64,000 nt of DNA from an uncultured bacterium. GTDB lineage: Bacteria > Patescibacteriota > Patescibacteriia > CAIQCM01. The DNA is taken from contig OY970181.1 in assembly GCA_963708045.1 (NCBI GenBank), positions 387,740 to 451,739 of the forward strand, in the 5' to 3' direction. Each line of letters begins with the position of its first letter. Position 1 is the first letter of the stretch. The notes below the pieces were generated by a model, which ran no database searches, was not told the origin of the DNA, and saw only the letters and a list, made by a program, of their open reading frames with translations. This document shows positions 9,043 through 18,589 of the stretch, piece by piece. A program made the position numbers and the translations under genes.

Positions 9043-9128
9043 AAGATAGAGATAAGAATGTGGGTATTATACCGGCCTCTTGACAAAAAACCAAGTTTAG
9101 TGTAAATTAAGCGGTTAAATATAAACCT

Positions 9129-11603
9129 ATGAAAAAAGCAATAATTCTCGTTATTTTAGCTGTTTTAATTGCAGGCGCGACGCCTGTGGGCGCTGCTGGT
9201 GTAAACCCAGGATCGCTTGTTAAAGGCAGTTCCTCGGCCGTGTATTACATTACCGCCTCGGGAAATCGTCTCGCCTTTTCCAATGAAGCTGTCTACAAAA
9301 CTTGGTACTCGGACTACGCTGGCGTTATCAAGATAAGCGATTCCATGCTCGCGAGCTATCCGCTCCGCGGCGTTGTTTGGTATCGCCCTGGTTCTAAACT
9401 CATCAAGGTTCGTTCGGCACCGCAAGTTTATGCGGTTGCCGCGAACGGCGTTTTGCGTCCGCTCGCTTCTGAAGGCGCGGCGCGCGCTCTTTATGGTCAA
9501 GACTGGAACAAGAAAGTTGATGACCTTAATGATTCGTTTTTTGTAAATTATAAAGTCGGCACGCCGATCGCGACAATTCTTGATTATTCTCCGGCTACGG
9601 AAATCGCCGCGACCCCGACGATTGCCGCCAACGGTGCCGGCGCTTTGCCTGTTGCTTCGTCTACAAATTCAAACAATGTCAAACCCGCGAACAATTCGTC
9701 TTCGGTTTTGACGACGGCTATTTCCAACTCGGTTTCGTCCTCGGGTCGCATTATGAGCGTGGCCGTTGATCCGAAAAACGAAAATACCGCCTACATTGGT
9801 TCGGCTTCGGGCGGTATTTACAAAACCACCGACCGTGGCGAAAATTGGTCGTCGGTTGCCGATAATTTAAATTCAATGCATATCGCGGCGCTCGCGATTG
9901 ATCCGAATAATTCCGACATTGTTTACGCCGGCACGGGTGAAACCTATATGCCAGGCGACGAATACGGTTATAACGGCGTTTATGTAACCAAGGACGGCGG
10001 CAAAAATTGGTCGCTTATGCCGGGAACCCAGCCGCTTGCTTTGCGCGCGATCTCCAGTATCGTTGTTGATCGCACAAGTGGTAATCATCTTTATCTCGGC
10101 ACGAATGCCGGTGTTTACGAAACAAAAAATTCGGGAACCAATTGGAAAAAAATCGCCGACGGCTTTATTGAAAATTTGATGATCTCGGAAAAAAATCCGT
10201 CAGTTATTTTTGCGACCGGCGCGTCTTCGCTATTAATGCGCTCGTCCGACGCTGGCGCGACTTGGGAAAAAATGACCGGCTGGAATATTAAGCGCGGTCT
10301 TCCTGAAGACAACCCCTGGTTTAACCGCGTAACGATAACACAGTCCTCGGGCAAAACCGTAGTCGGCGATGCTTCGCACGTTATCTATGCGGCTTTTGCC
10401 GATCCGTATCAACTTTTCCGTTCGGATGATGATGGCACGAGCTGGCACGAAGTCGCCAAACAACCGTATAGCGGTATGCGTAACTACGCCGTGCTTGCCG
10501 ATCCTACTGACGCCGACGTTATTTTTACGGCTGGCACTTATCTTAATCGCGCGACTCAGGGCGGTTGGACGGTCGTACCGGTGGCTTTTCCGCTTTTTGA
10601 AGTCCGTAATCTTGTTTTTGCGCCAAGCAATAGCCGCGTGATGTATGCTGTAACCGATACGGGCGTCTGCGTTTCTGTAAATGGCGGCTTGGACTGGACG
10701 GTAAAAAATAAAGGATTGGATACGACGCAATGGTACGCAGTGGCTGTTGGAAAAAATGGAAATATTTACGGAGCGGTGCAAGACCACTCGCTTATGCGTT
10801 ATGACACAGCTTGGGGCGATGCCTCATGGGGCGATGCTCGCAAAATTATTACCGATCCGACGCGTGCCAATGTTGTCTATGTCCTTTCTTCTGACAATAA
10901 AGGCATCGGCCGTTCGCAAGATTTTGGAAAAAACTTTTCGCCGATCAATGGATATATGACTCCTGGGAGCGCGAGCTTAATCGCGGCTGATCCGTCAAAC
11001 GGCGGAACGATTTACGCCGCAGTTGGCGCGACCATCTACCGCTCAACTGACAGTGGCGATAGCTGGAGCGGACTTGGTAATGGCAACTCTGATGCCGCAA
11101 TTACAGCAATTAGTCCTTCGCACGCGCCTGAACGTATTGTCGTTGGTCGCGCAAATGGCGCGGTTCAGTCGGTTGTCCCAGGGATTGGTTCTAATGTCGC
11201 TACTTGGAAAACAATTTATACCGAACCGAACAAAAAGTCGGTGGCAAAAATTGTTGCTTCCGCTGACAGCATCACGATCGCCTTTAACGTTGATTGGGGT
11301 ACGCGTGTTGTTCGCTTAAAAGAAATTTATAGCGGCTCTTTTAAGCCAGCTGATTTAACCGGCGACCTTATCGGCGGCGCGTGGGTGCGTGATATGGATA
11401 TGGATATTTCCAATCCGAGCACGATCTACGTTGGCACACTCACGGGCGCTTTCGTTGGTCGCGAGGTCGCGGCCGGCAAATGGGTTTGGTCAAAAATTAA
11501 CGGTATCCCGTTTGTTGAAGTCACCGGCGTCGTGTCAAATAATGATAATTCCAAAGCCTACTTCTCAACTTGGGGCCGCGGACTCTACGAAATCACTAAG
11601 TAA
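9129..11603 (+). CDS. secreted BNR/Asp-box repeat beta-propeller protein
   Basis: Signal peptide, then at least 7 xxDxGxTW/NW repeats (TDRGENWS, KDGGKNWS, KNSGTNWK, SDAGATWE, DDDGTSWH, VNGGLDWT, TDSGDSWS). Confidence 0.7.
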   Translation: MKKAIILVILAVLIAGATPVGAAGVNPGSLVKGSSSAVYYITASGNRLAFSNEAVYKTWYSDYAGVIKISDSMLASYPLRGVVWYRPGSKLIKVRSAPQVYAVAANGVLRPLASEGAARALYGQDWNKKVDDLNDSFFVNYKVGTPIATILDYSPATEIAATPTIAANGAGALPVASSTNSNNVKPANNSSSVLTTAISNSVSSSGRIMSVAVDPKNENTAYIGSASGGIYKTTDRGENWSSVADNLNSMHIAALAIDPNNSDIVYAGTGETYMPGDEYGYNGVYVTKDGGKNWSLMPGTQPLALRAISSIVVDRTSGNHLYLGTNAGVYETKNSGTNWKKIADGFIENLMISEKNPSVIFATGASSLLMRSSDAGATWEKMTGWNIKRGLPEDNPWFNRVTITQSSGKTVVGDASHVIYAAFADPYQLFRSDDDGTSWHEVAKQPYSGMRNYAVLADPTDADVIFTAGTYLNRATQGGWTVVPVAFPLFEVRNLVFAPSNSRVMYAVTDTGVCVSVNGGLDWTVKNKGLDTTQWYAVAVGKNGNIYGAVQDHSLMRYDTAWGDASWGDARKIITDPTRANVVYVLSSDNKGIGRSQDFGKNFSPINGYMTPGSASLIAADPSNGGTIYAAVGATIYRSTDSGDSWSGLGNGNSDAAITAISPSHAPERIVVGRANGAVQSVVPGIGSNVATWKTIYTEPNKKSVAKIVASADSITIAFNVDWGTRVVRLKEIYSGSFKPADLTGDLIGGAWVRDMDMDISNPSTIYVGTLTGAFVGREVAAGKWVWSKINGIPFVEVTGVVSNNDNSKAYFSTWGRGLYEITK

Positions 11604-11616
11604 ATTATTCTGAAAA

Positions 11617-11661
11617 TAAAACACCCCCACCCCGATGTACATCGGGGTGGGGGTGTTTTTG
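11617..11661. terminator. bidirectional terminator between convergent genes
   Basis: acacccccaccccgatg tac catcggggtgggggtgt with flanking A/T runs. Confidence 0.65.
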
Positions 11662-11668
11662 ATATTGA

Positions 11669-12172
11669 TTATTCGCCAACTAAATAATTTAAATTTCGGC
11701 TCCAGGCTGAGAATGTTGTGGTGCAACCGTTAGGTACCGAGGTTGGGTTTTCCAGGCTAAGTGCCATCATATAATTAGTCGGCAGGCCTGTATATCCAAA
11801 CGCGCATTTACTGATTGGTTTATACCCGCGCACGTAATAATAAGCATAAGGCGTTCCGGTGTTGATTGGGTCAACCGGTATGTTGCTTAAATAATTTGGT
11901 TTAATTTCCATTGCCGTAAAACTTCCGCCTGGATAAGCGACCGAGACGCAGTCGCAGGTGGCTGGGCAAGCCTGCCCGCAAGTTGGATAAGCGCCAGTTT
12001 CGTCAAAGTAGAGATCAAGGGCGGTTTTGATTTGTTTAAAATCAGCAACGCGTTTGGCGTCCCGCGCTTTGCTTCTTGAGTTACTCAAAGACACGACCGC
12101 AATCGTGCTGAGGAGGCCGATAATGGCAATGACGACCAGTAATTCAATAAGAGTAAAAGCACGATGAGACAT
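11669..12172 (-). CDS. type IV pilin-like protein (prepilin-type N-terminal cleavage/methylation domain)
   Basis: MSHRAFTLIELLVVIAIIGLLSTIAVVSL followed by a PilA/GspG-like segment (KRVADFKQIKTALDLYFDETGAYP). Multiple Cys residues. Confidence 0.8.
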   Translation of the reverse strand: MSHRAFTLIELLVVIAIIGLLSTIAVVSLSNSRSKARDAKRVADFKQIKTALDLYFDETGAYPTCGQACPATCDCVSVAYPGGSFTAMEIKPNYLSNIPVDPINTGTPYAYYYVRGYKPISKCAFGYTGLPTNYMMALSLENPTSVPNGCTTTFSAWSRNLNYLVGE

Positions 12173-12181
12173 GACGAAATA

Positions 12182-12206
12182 TCTAATGTCTAATATCTAA
12201 TCCGAT
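12182..12206. repeat. ctaat/attag word-repeat array immediately upstream of a pilin start codon
   Basis: atctaatgtctaatatctaatcc. Confidence 0.5.
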
Positions 12207-12292
12207 AAACGACCAATTGGTTTTGTGCTGATATTATACCACCAATACAAAAATGCCCCGATAATCATCGGGGCATTTTCATTTCTAACTAT

Positions 12293-12353
12293 ACGCTAAA
12301 CGCTATACCCTAAACCCTAAAAATTACACTTCAATTATAACCGGAAGAATCAT
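12293..12353. repeat. direct repeat: duplicated copy of the rnj 3' end (last 9 codons MILPVIIEV* plus ccctaaa flank)
   Basis: ccctaaaaattacacttcaattataaccggaagaatcat matches 14025-14063 with 2 mismatches. Confidence 0.65.
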
Positions 12354-12354
12354 T

Positions 12355-13170
12355 TTATTCCGTCACGACCGTAGCCACTTGGTGCGAACGAAGACCTTCG
12401 GCGTACATTTTTTTTATTTGCGCTAAACTAAGGGTTGAAGAATAAACTCGCGTGTCGTCTATGTTGCCGTGGAACGGATCGCCTAATGCGATTGGTGAAT
12501 AGCTCCCGATCGCTAAAGTGACACTATTATAGGCAGTTATTGTACAGGTGGCTGTTTTGCCGACCTCGTGTCCGTTAAAGAAAAGTTTCATCGTCTGGTT
12601 GACCGAGTTGATTGAAAGGGCGACCATTGACCAGGAGTTCGCGGGAATTTGCGGCCCAGTCAGGTATAAAGAATACGACCAGCCCACACCAGCACAACTC
12701 ATCAAGGATTCCAAGTTGCCGTCATGGATTCGATATTCGTATTGCGCTAATTTGGAGAGGATCGTATTATATCCAGTCGTGCTTGTCGGATAGATCCATG
12801 TTGTGAAAGTCGCATTGGTCGCCTGTAGGTTAAGCGTTGAACTAAGATAATTTGATCCTGAAAAATTCGCCGAACATCCGGTATTTCCTGGGGCGTTGCT
12901 CGTTGACCATCCGGCGCCGCCACTCCAGGTCGCAGTGTTGCCGTTTCCAGAAGCATCGCTCGCGGTATTGCCGGAACATTCATTAAAAAGCCATTCGCCG
13001 ACGAGTTGGTCGCCGAGCCCGTTGCGCAAGCTTTGATCAAACGATTGTCCGGCAGCAATTTTTCCTTTATCACGTGCGGTCACCAAAGACACGACCGCGA
13101 TTGTGGAAAGCAGTCCGATAATCGCGATCACAACAAGAAGTTCAATTAGGGTAAAGGCGCTACGTTTCAT
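12355..13170 (-). CDS. type IV pilin-like protein with LamG/concanavalin-like domain
   Basis: Prepilin N-terminus KRSAFTLIELLVVIAIIGLLSTIAVVSL. LamG_3-like segment (GEWLFNECSGNTASDASGNGNTATW). Confidence 0.8.
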   Translation of the reverse strand: MKRSAFTLIELLVVIAIIGLLSTIAVVSLVTARDKGKIAAGQSFDQSLRNGLGDQLVGEWLFNECSGNTASDASGNGNTATWSGGAGWSTSNAPGNTGCSANFSGSNYLSSTLNLQATNATFTTWIYPTSTTGYNTILSKLAQYEYRIHDGNLESLMSCAGVGWSYSLYLTGPQIPANSWSMVALSINSVNQTMKLFFNGHEVGKTATCTITAYNSVTLAIGSYSPIALGDPFHGNIDDTRVYSSTLSLAQIKKMYAEGLRSHQVATVVTE

Positions 13171-13220
13171 GCTCTATTTTTTAAAATTAAACCGTTTCTT
13201 TTCATCACTCTCTAGCAGTA

Positions 13221-13757
13221 TCAATACCAACTTGATGCTCCTGGCGTGAAGATGGCCCAACCGCTATTTGTGTGGGTGGGGTCATAAAACGGATCACTTG
13301 CTGAGAGTGTCCCTTCCGGCGTGCAGTAAGCTAATAATTTATAATCTATTCCGTTTGAAGTATACACATATGTATTCCAGCCAGCCTGACTCCTGCAACC
13401 AGCTAAGGCAGAGCTTGGGTTAGTTTTGCCCATATTGGTATCGTCTGGTAGTCGTCCGATATAATTAGGGGCTAGATTGGGAATCCATCCGTTTGAACCA
13501 GAACTGTCATGGCTACCAAAAGTTGAAGTTACTCCCCACCAACTGCAACACCCGCTTACGCCCGTTGAAGGATAGGCGTCAAAGTTGGTGTAATAGAGTT
13601 CCAGCGCTTTAGAAATTTGGACGAGATCAACTTTTCGCTTCTGGTTTCGCGCGTTCATTCTCGTTGTACTTAAAGACACCACCGCAATCGTGCCGAGGAG
13701 GCCGATAATGGCAATGACAACAAGTAATTCAATAAGAGTAAAAGCACGACGAGTCAT
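13221..13757 (-). CDS. type IV pilin-like protein
   Basis: MTRRAFTLIELLVVIAIIGLLGTIAVVSL. The 5' ~75 nt are ~95% identical at nucleotide level to the pilin at 11669..12172. Confidence 0.8.
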   Translation of the reverse strand: MTRRAFTLIELLVVIAIIGLLGTIAVVSLSTTRMNARNQKRKVDLVQISKALELYYTNFDAYPSTGVSGCCSWWGVTSTFGSHDSSGSNGWIPNLAPNYIGRLPDDTNMGKTNPSSALAGCRSQAGWNTYVYTSNGIDYKLLAYCTPEGTLSASDPFYDPTHTNSGWAIFTPGASSWY

Positions 13758-13765
13758 TAAACGAA

Positions 13766-13803
13766 TGTCTAATTTCTAATGTCTAATGTCGAGTGACTAA
13801 TCC
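13766..13803. repeat. ctaat word-repeat array, upstream of pilin start and abutting a MITE-like copy
   Basis: gtctaatttctaatgtctaatgtcgagtgactaatcc. Confidence 0.5.
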
Positions 13804-13922
13804 GCCGTCATTCCGAGCCTGTAAGGTTGGTTTGTCCAAGGCTCGGCCGAGCTCAGCTCGGCGAGGAACCACGGAGCCTGTTTTGAGACTTTGAGTTCCT
13901 TCGCTCCGCTCGGGATGACGCC
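13803..13922 (+). repeat. MITE-like repeat copy B
   Basis: ccgccgtcattccgagcctgtaaggttggtttgtccaaggc...gagactttgagttcc...ctcgggatgacgcc. Confidence 0.65.
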
Positions 13923-14033
13923 TAACGACAGACGCTGGCTTTGGCCAACGAACTCACTGATATTATATCACTAAATTAAAAATATCATCGCTTGAGCGAT
14001 GATATTTTTTAACTCTACGCTAAACCCTAAAAA

Positions 14034-15944
14034 CTACACTTCAATAATAACCGGAAGAATCATCGGGCGGCGTTTGGTTTGTGACCAAAGGTATTGGCCA
14101 ATGTCATCGCGAATTTTATTTTTGGTATATTCCTCAAAAGCCGGGGAACGCGGGTCAGCGTCGTGAAGGATTTTGCGGACACGGGCGCGCGATTTTTCCA
14201 CAAGTTCGTGCGCGTCTTTAAGATAAACGAAGCCGCGGGAAATAATATCGGGACTGCCGATAAGTTTGCCGGTGTTTCGTTCCATCGTGCAGATGACAAC
14301 AAACATTCCGTCCTCGGCCAGCTGCAGGCGGTCACGCAAAACGACGTGCGAAACGTCGCCAACGCCCAGGCCGTCCACCATAATATATTCAATCGGGTAT
14401 TTGTCGTCGGTCATTTTGCCGCCGTTTCCATCAAATTCAACAATCTGTCCGTTGTCCGGAATAAAAATGCGGTCGCGTGTTACGCCAACTTCTTCGGCCA
14501 AGTCGGCATGCGCGTGGCGCAAGAACAGGTTGGCGTAGCCGGGGAGGAAATAGCGCGGCTTTGTGAGCATAATCATTTCTTTAAGCTCTTCTTGTTTGGC
14601 ATGACCGCCAGCGTGCACGTCCATATTGGCATAATGCACGACTTTAGCGCCTTGGCGGATTAGGGTGTCTTTAAGCGATTGCACCGTGCGTTCATTTCCT
14701 GGAATGACCGAAGAAGAGAAAATAACCATATCGCCCTCTTCTAAACGGACGGATTTGTGTTCGCGGTTTGCGATGCGCATTAGAGCTGCGTTTTCTTCGC
14801 CTTGCGCGCCAGTGCAGATGATAATAAGTTTTTCCGGAGCAATGTGCTTAATCTCGTCTTCTTCAATAATCGTGCCCGGCTTGTATTTCATATAGCCAAG
14901 CTGGTGGGCAATTTCCACGTTGGAATGCATTGATCGTCCGAGAAGCAAAACTTTGCGGCCGGTTTTTTCGGCGATCGTTAAGAGTTGCTGAACGCGGGTG
15001 AGAAGCGAAGCAAACGTGCCGACGATAATGCGGCCTTTGTGTTTGGAAACAATACCTAAAAGTTCTTCGCTTACGACCGTTTCCGAAATTTGTCGTCCGG
15101 GTGAAGCGGCCGAAGTTGAATCGGACACAAGCAAGAGGACGCCGCGTTCGCCAAAAGCGGCGACGCGCGCGGGGTCGGCCGGCAGTTCTGGCGGAATCGG
15201 GTCGCGATCAAATTTAAAGTCACCGGTAAAAATTACCGTTCCGTATGGCGTATGCAAAGCAACGCCGAAAGAGTCGGCAATATTGTGGTTAATATGAAAT
15301 GGTTCAAAAACAAAATTTTTGCCCATCTGAATGCGAACATCGGCCGTTTTAACCAATTGAATTTTGAGTTGTTGAAGGTTGCCGTATTCTTCTTGGCGTT
15401 TTTTAATAAGACCAGCGGTAAGCGGGGCGGTATAAATTACCGGCCAGCCAAGCTTGGGCATAACGTGAGGAATGCCGCCGATGTGGTCATAGTGTCCATG
15501 GGTAATAATCACGCCGCGGATATTTTTTTCTTTTCCGCGCAAGCAGGAAGTGTCAGGGATGATGTAATCAATCCCAGGCATTCCTTCTTCGGGAAACATC
15601 AAACCCATGTCCACGATAATAATATCATCGCCCATTTCCACGACGGCGCAATTTCTTCCGACTTCTTCTAGTCCGCCAAGTGCGTAAACTTTTAATTTGG
15701 TCGGATCGTATTTAATTGTCGGCATTGGTGGCTTCACGACTTCGCGCGGTTCGGCGCGAAAACGCGGACCACGTCCGCCTCCGCGCGCGCCGCCGGAATG
15801 TTTTTGATTAGGCGGATGCCCGCTTGGTTTTTTGGAACCTTGATTAAAACGATTTACACCCTGATTGCTTTTTGCCGGTGTAAAGGGGGCGTGATTTTTT
15901 GGATTGTCGTGCCTTTGAACCGGGTGCTGTTGGTTTTGCACCAT
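14034..15944 (-). CDS. rnj: ribonuclease J (metallo-beta-lactamase/beta-CASP), with ~75-aa Arg/Gly-rich N-terminal extension
   Basis: HGHYDHIGG motif plus beta-CASP region. N-terminal low-complexity stretch GGARGGGRGPRFRAEPRE. Confidence 0.85.
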   Translation of the reverse strand: MVQNQQHPVQRHDNPKNHAPFTPAKSNQGVNRFNQGSKKPSGHPPNQKHSGGARGGGRGPRFRAEPREVVKPPMPTIKYDPTKLKVYALGGLEEVGRNCAVVEMGDDIIIVDMGLMFPEEGMPGIDYIIPDTSCLRGKEKNIRGVIITHGHYDHIGGIPHVMPKLGWPVIYTAPLTAGLIKKRQEEYGNLQQLKIQLVKTADVRIQMGKNFVFEPFHINHNIADSFGVALHTPYGTVIFTGDFKFDRDPIPPELPADPARVAAFGERGVLLLVSDSTSAASPGRQISETVVSEELLGIVSKHKGRIIVGTFASLLTRVQQLLTIAEKTGRKVLLLGRSMHSNVEIAHQLGYMKYKPGTIIEEDEIKHIAPEKLIIICTGAQGEENAALMRIANREHKSVRLEEGDMVIFSSSVIPGNERTVQSLKDTLIRQGAKVVHYANMDVHAGGHAKQEELKEMIMLTKPRYFLPGYANLFLRHAHADLAEEVGVTRDRIFIPDNGQIVEFDGNGGKMTDDKYPIEYIMVDGLGVGDVSHVVLRDRLQLAEDGMFVVICTMERNTGKLIGSPDIISRGFVYLKDAHELVEKSRARVRKILHDADPRSPAFEEYTKNKIRDDIGQYLWSQTKRRPMILPVIIEV

Positions 15945-16125
15945 AATTTTCTGTTTTTCTCGGAATAAGATTAATACTAAAAGGGGCTAAAATCAGCCCG
16001 CTCGCGCAATTTTATGCGCGACTAAATTAAAGAGATGAACAGTGAATATTTTTATAAGCTACAAAAATATTCACTGGCCGCCTGTAATTTATTTTTGCTT
16101 TGCGACCGGTTCCCGCACAAACCAA

Positions 16126-16208
16126 TGCCCGGAGGGAGACTCGAACTCCCATGACCTTGCGGACACCAGCTCCTGAAGCTGGCGCGTCTGCCATTCCGCC
16201 ATCCGGGC
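16126..16208 (-). tRNA. tRNA-Leu (anticodon CAG)
   Basis: 83-nt cloverleaf with long variable arm and anticodon loop TTCAGGA. Acceptor GCCCGGA/TCCGGGC. No encoded CCA. Confidence 0.85.
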
Positions 16209-16365
16209 AAAAGACTGTGCGGGATACGTTTTCCAACCCTTAGTCCACAAGGGGGAGAGGGAAAAATTGTAATAAAATCGCCGAGAAAATTCTCAGATGA
16301 CTTTAAAATAGAGGAAAACTAAGTCTATAAATATACCACATTGGCGCTTTTTTGGCAAGTACTGA

Positions 16366-16463
16366 TTAGGGTATAGCGTATAGCGTTCAGGGTTTAGTTC
16401 TATAAGAAACGAACAATCATTCTCGCGCTAGAAAACTATACCCTATACCCTTGACCCTAAACT
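16366..16463. repeat. long imperfect palindrome built from ttaggg/ccctaa words
   Basis: ttagggtatagcgtatagcgttcagggtttag ... ctataccctatacccttgaccctaaac. Confidence 0.5.
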
Positions 16464-18317
16464 CTATTTAAGACCCACGGCCTTCTTAATGTACCAATCG
16501 GTAATATTTGCAAAGCGGTCGGATGGCGATGAGATTGAAGTAACGGAAAAGTTCTTTACGTTTGTTGACTGGGGGTAAAGAAAACGAGGTGAGTAAAGGA
16601 AAATTGCGGACGAATCAGCCGTGATAATTTTTTGAAATTCTCTAAGCATTGCTTGTTTGGCGTTGGCGTTGATCGTCGCTCGCGCTTTTTCTAAAAGTTC
16701 GTCAACGCGGCGGTTTGAGTATTTAGACAGATTAAGTCCACCCTCAGCTTGCGACGAATGCCAGAAGGCGAATGGGTCGCCACCCTCGCTTAAGATTTCG
16801 CCAAAAATAAGCGCCTCGTAGTTTGCGTCCTTGATTACGGTTTTTTGAGCATCGGCCGCGGACACAAGAACAATATTCACTTTTGCGCCAATCGCTTCCC
16901 AATCCTGCTTAATCAAATTCGCGGTTTTTTGGCTAACCTCAGTATTAATTGCCGTCAGCTTAATACTAAGTTCGGTTATAGTTGGCGGTGGCTGGATTTT
17001 TGCCGTTGATTTTACTGTTTGGGTCTTTGTGCGAACGGTGGAGTTTTCCGACAAAACAAAGCCAGCTTTTTCTAGCAGGGCTTTGGCTCCAGCTGGGTCA
17101 TAGTTATAAATGGCGACGTCAGCAGAATAATTTTTATCGTCAAGCGGCGCGTTGCTTATAATCGCCGTGTTACCGGTCGCGTCAATGATGATTCGTTCGC
17201 GGTTAATGGCCATAGCCAAAGCATGGCGGACATCAAGATCGGAAAAAATCGGCTGGGCTTTAGGGTTAAAGAAGATCGCCGTATCTTCGTCAAGATTTAT
17301 TTCGTGAGTGTTTACGTTTGGGAGTTTGAGGATGGCGGGATAGAGGCGCGATGGAACAAAGTTGAGTCCGAAAACGGCGTTCGCGGAAAGTTTTTCAACG
17401 GCCGTTTCGTAATCGTCAAAAAATTTAAAAGTAATTTTATCAATTTTTGAATTTGATCCTTCGGTCGCGGCCAAAGTGTAAGAAACAATGTCGCCGTCCG
17501 AATTACGAGTAAAATTTAAAAAATGATAAGCACCGCTTCCGATTGGTTTTAGGTTAAAATCGGAATTTGCGACCGTAGCAGGATCGGTTTTTTCCCAGAG
17601 GTGTTTAGGAATAATGCCCACCGTGAGCAGGGAGGGGAAGTAAGAATTGGGTTCTTTTAGAACAAAGGTAATTTTTTCTTGGTCAATGACGTTTACAGAA
17701 ACGCCGGAAAATTTTTTTGCAATCGGACTTTTCCATATTGGGTTCACGATCGTTTGAAAAGTATAGGCAACGTCAGTGGCGGTAAGTTCGGTTCCGTCGC
17801 TAAAGCGCGCGTTACGCAAAGTGAACGTATAAATTTTACCATCAGCCGATACAGAAACATTATTGGCAAGATCAGTTACGAGGTTGCCCGATCCGTCGTG
17901 GCGGTATAAACCTGAATAAACCAGGCTAATAATATCCTCGTCAACGTCATTCCCGTTTGAAAGAATTGGGTTTATCGTTCGCGGACGACCAACGATTCCT
18001 TCGGTGTATTCGCCGCCCGCGGCTGGGACAAGGGTTATGTGGCGCGCTACCCAGCCGCCAGCAACAAGAATAAGGCCGATTGTAAAAACGGAAATGCCGA
18101 TCGTGATTATTTTTTTCTCTTGCGGCGTTGTAACTTTTCCAAGATGCCGCCATTGGCTTAGACTGGGGAGTCTGCGCTTGGCAACAATATGGTAAGCGAT
18201 CATTAAGTCGGCGCGTTCTTCGCGCTGGCTTTTTAAGTTATCGGATTTTTTTTTAAACCATTCGCGGCTGACAGTAAAAATTTTTTTAAAAAAATTCATA
18301 CGAATGGTAATGATCAA
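16464..18317 (-). CDS. ABC transporter substrate-binding protein, family 5 (peptide/nickel-type), membrane-anchored
   Basis: N-terminal TM anchor followed by an SBP_bac_5-like domain. ~600 aa. Confidence 0.6.
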   Translation of the reverse strand: MIITIRMNFFKKIFTVSREWFKKKSDNLKSQREERADLMIAYHIVAKRRLPSLSQWRHLGKVTTPQEKKIITIGISVFTIGLILVAGGWVARHITLVPAAGGEYTEGIVGRPRTINPILSNGNDVDEDIISLVYSGLYRHDGSGNLVTDLANNVSVSADGKIYTFTLRNARFSDGTELTATDVAYTFQTIVNPIWKSPIAKKFSGVSVNVIDQEKITFVLKEPNSYFPSLLTVGIIPKHLWEKTDPATVANSDFNLKPIGSGAYHFLNFTRNSDGDIVSYTLAATEGSNSKIDKITFKFFDDYETAVEKLSANAVFGLNFVPSRLYPAILKLPNVNTHEINLDEDTAIFFNPKAQPIFSDLDVRHALAMAINRERIIIDATGNTAIISNAPLDDKNYSADVAIYNYDPAGAKALLEKAGFVLSENSTVRTKTQTVKSTAKIQPPPTITELSIKLTAINTEVSQKTANLIKQDWEAIGAKVNIVLVSAADAQKTVIKDANYEALIFGEILSEGGDPFAFWHSSQAEGGLNLSKYSNRRVDELLEKARATINANAKQAMLREFQKIITADSSAIFLYSPRFLYPQSTNVKNFSVTSISSPSDRFANITDWYIKKAVGLK

Positions 18318-18358
18318 GGTGGTGGCGCGACGATGAAAAGCTTACTCGTGGCCGATTA

Positions 18359-18589
18359 TTAGCGCGCCGCGAGAAACGAAGTAAAAGCCACTCCAAAAAA
18401 TAAAATGGAGAGAACAATAGTAGCGATAAAAAGACCTTTTTCAAGGCCACGTTTGGTGCGGTAAATATTCCCTTCGCCTCCGAAAGTTGCGGACAAGCCG
18501 ACCCCGCGCTGTTGAAGAAGAACGGCGGTAATCAAGAGAACGGCAATAATTATCTGAACGATAGACAAGATTTGTTTTATATTTTGCAT
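18359..18589 (-). CDS. secG: preprotein translocase subunit SecG
   Basis: Two TM helices with a QQRGVGLSATFGG...RTKRGLEKGL loop motif. Start chosen at the internal Met (MQNIKQIL); the track ORF extends to 18667. Confidence 0.65.
   Translation of the reverse strand: MQNIKQILSIVQIIIAVLLITAVLLQQRGVGLSATFGGEGNIYRTKRGLEKGLFIATIVLSILFFGVAFTSFLAAR

Noticed and set aside
16027-16236. 69-aa minus-strand ORF.
   Set aside because: It overlaps tRNA-Leu(CAG) at 16126-16208. It is spurious.
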